Shown piece after piece: positions 39,464 through 40,221 of a stretch of 40,221 nt of DNA; position 1 is the stretch's first letter, and every line of letters starts with the position of its first letter. The position numbers and the translations under genes were made by a program. The DNA is taken from positions 1-40,221 of the forward strand of contig JBGAJQ010000048.1 in assembly GCA_044224875.1 (NCBI GenBank). The letters are read 5' to 3'. The notes below the pieces were generated by a model. That model saw only the letters and a program-made list of their open reading frames with translations. It searched no databases and was not told where the DNA came from. The DNA comes from Gemmatimonadaceae bacterium (GTDB taxonomy: Bacteria > Gemmatimonadota > Gemmatimonadetes > Gemmatimonadales > Gemmatimonadaceae).

Positions 39464-39672
39464 ATGCGGCGTTCGTCGCGGTCATGGGAGGTCTTCGGCA
39501 CTTGCCTCTGGCTTCGATGACCGACAGTGCGTCGCGGCAGCGGGCGCGTGACTCGATTCTGACGCAGTACCGCGTGACTCCGGCGCAGTTGGAGGCGGCG
39601 GCGGGCGTGTTGGCGGCCAATCCGGATCGCGCGGCCGAGGTGTGGGAGCAAGTGGAGAAGCGCGTGAAGTGA
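39464..39672 (+). CDS. Small helical hypothetical protein, start uncertain or N-terminally disrupted
   Basis: Protein-like amphipathic stretch FVAVMGGLRHL...RDSILTQYRVTPAQLEAAA...VWEQVEKRVK ending just before a terminator. In-frame ATG at 39484, out-of-frame ATG at 39464. Confidence 0.5.
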
Positions 39673-39681
39673 CCGAGCCGG

Positions 39682-39718
39682 AAAAACAAGAACGGCGCCT
39701 AACGAGGCGCCGTTCTTG
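39682..39718. terminator. Intrinsic terminator between convergent genes
   Basis: CAAGAACGGCGCCT-AACG-AGGCGCCGTTCTTG (14-bp stem) with an A5 tract on the left. Confidence 0.88.
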
Positions 39719-39739
39719 ATTCGTCTTGATGTGGAACGT

Positions 39740-40192
39740 CTACTTCTGCACAATCATCTTCTTCAGGAACGGCTTCCCATCCACCTCAAGGCGGTAGATG
39801 TAGATGCCTGAAGAGACCTCGCGCTCGCTCTGCCCCACCTTGCCGTTCCACCACGCGGTGTACTCGCCGCAGGTCAGGTACACATTCTCGAGAAAGGTAC
39901 CGCCTGATACGTTCGCATCCCCGCCCTGCAACCTGGGCACCGCGACCAGCTGCGCCAGGACATTGTAAATGCGCAACGTGACTCGGTACTGCTTGCCCGG
40001 ATCCGCGCAGTTTGAGCCGCCGCCGATCGTGAACGGAATCGTAGTCTCTGGATTGAACGGGTTCGGATAGTTCTGCCCGAGACTGATGCCCTTTTCACGA
40101 CCTTGCTGCGAACCTTGCTGCGCCGCCAAACCGCGTGGGAGGAATACGAAGAGAGCGAGCACAACGAGGTGTGCTGCCCATCTCTGCTTCAT
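39740..40192 (-). CDS. Small exported protein consisting of one FlgD-Ig / T9SS type-A CTD-like domain
   Basis: Signal peptide, LGQNYPNPFNPETTIPF, LRIYNVLAQLV, WNG, SSGIYIYRL and KKMIVQK. Confidence 0.85.
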   Translation of the reverse strand: MKQRWAAHLVVLALFVFLPRGLAAQQGSQQGREKGISLGQNYPNPFNPETTIPFTIGGGSNCADPGKQYRVTLRIYNVLAQLVAVPRLQGGDANVSGGTFLENVYLTCGEYTAWWNGKVGQSEREVSSGIYIYRLEVDGKPFLKKMIVQK

Positions 40193-40221
40193 CTGCGTTC
40201 TCCAACTGACAAAAGAGATTT

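Larger units (their letters stand above)
1249..39703. repeat. Dispersed non-palindromic motif (C)GCCTAAC(G) / (C)GTTAGGC(G), at least 19 copies
   Basis: GCCTAAC starts at 1249, 3348, 5810, 7186, 13102, 19537, 24083, 25407, 35728, 36440, 37881, 39417, 39697. GTTAGGC starts at 2107, 10583, 22350, 24431, 28257, 33566. Counted by eye. Confidence 0.85.

Noticed and set aside
1..40221. CRISPR array, IS elements, rRNA, riboswitches
   Set aside because: No regularly spaced direct repeats, transposase motifs or recognisable riboswitch cores seen by eye; an Rfam scan would be needed to exclude weak RNA elements.

Overview
High-GC bacterial chromosome segment, most likely Gemmatimonadota (inferred from the TolB/TPR-type membrane Ser/Thr kinase, the HDVHGR variant of MutL, the short S20, bshA and an FlgD-Ig/T9SS-CTD-like protein). 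It is mostly core genome on the minus strand: groES with a CIRCE; mutL-miaA-bshA-uppP-birA-coaX; site-2 protease-scpA-scpB-rluB-moxR-DUF58-bat genes; rpsT; pyrR-pyrB-pyrC-aldolase-zinc-ribbon; two GGDEF cyclases; tadA; clpB; two tRNA-Ser genes. An accessory-looking block (about 22.6-34.4 kb) holds an atypical LspA, a DUF2231-like protein, a GT-C-like membrane protein, a TonB-dependent receptor, a TPR protein/receptor kinase/Cys-rich lipoprotein trio and a frameshifted Ca2+/H+ antiporter. I found no transposase, integrase, CRISPR array or rRNA. The strongest unexplained signal is a dispersed non-palindromic motif, (C)GCCTAAC(G). It has at least 19 exact 7-mer copies on both strands, in four codon contexts and in intergenic DNA, and forces rare TTA/CTA/AGG codons. 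This suggests a DNA-level signal of the uptake-sequence, Chi or HIP type. All family calls come from motif recognition by eye, not database searches.
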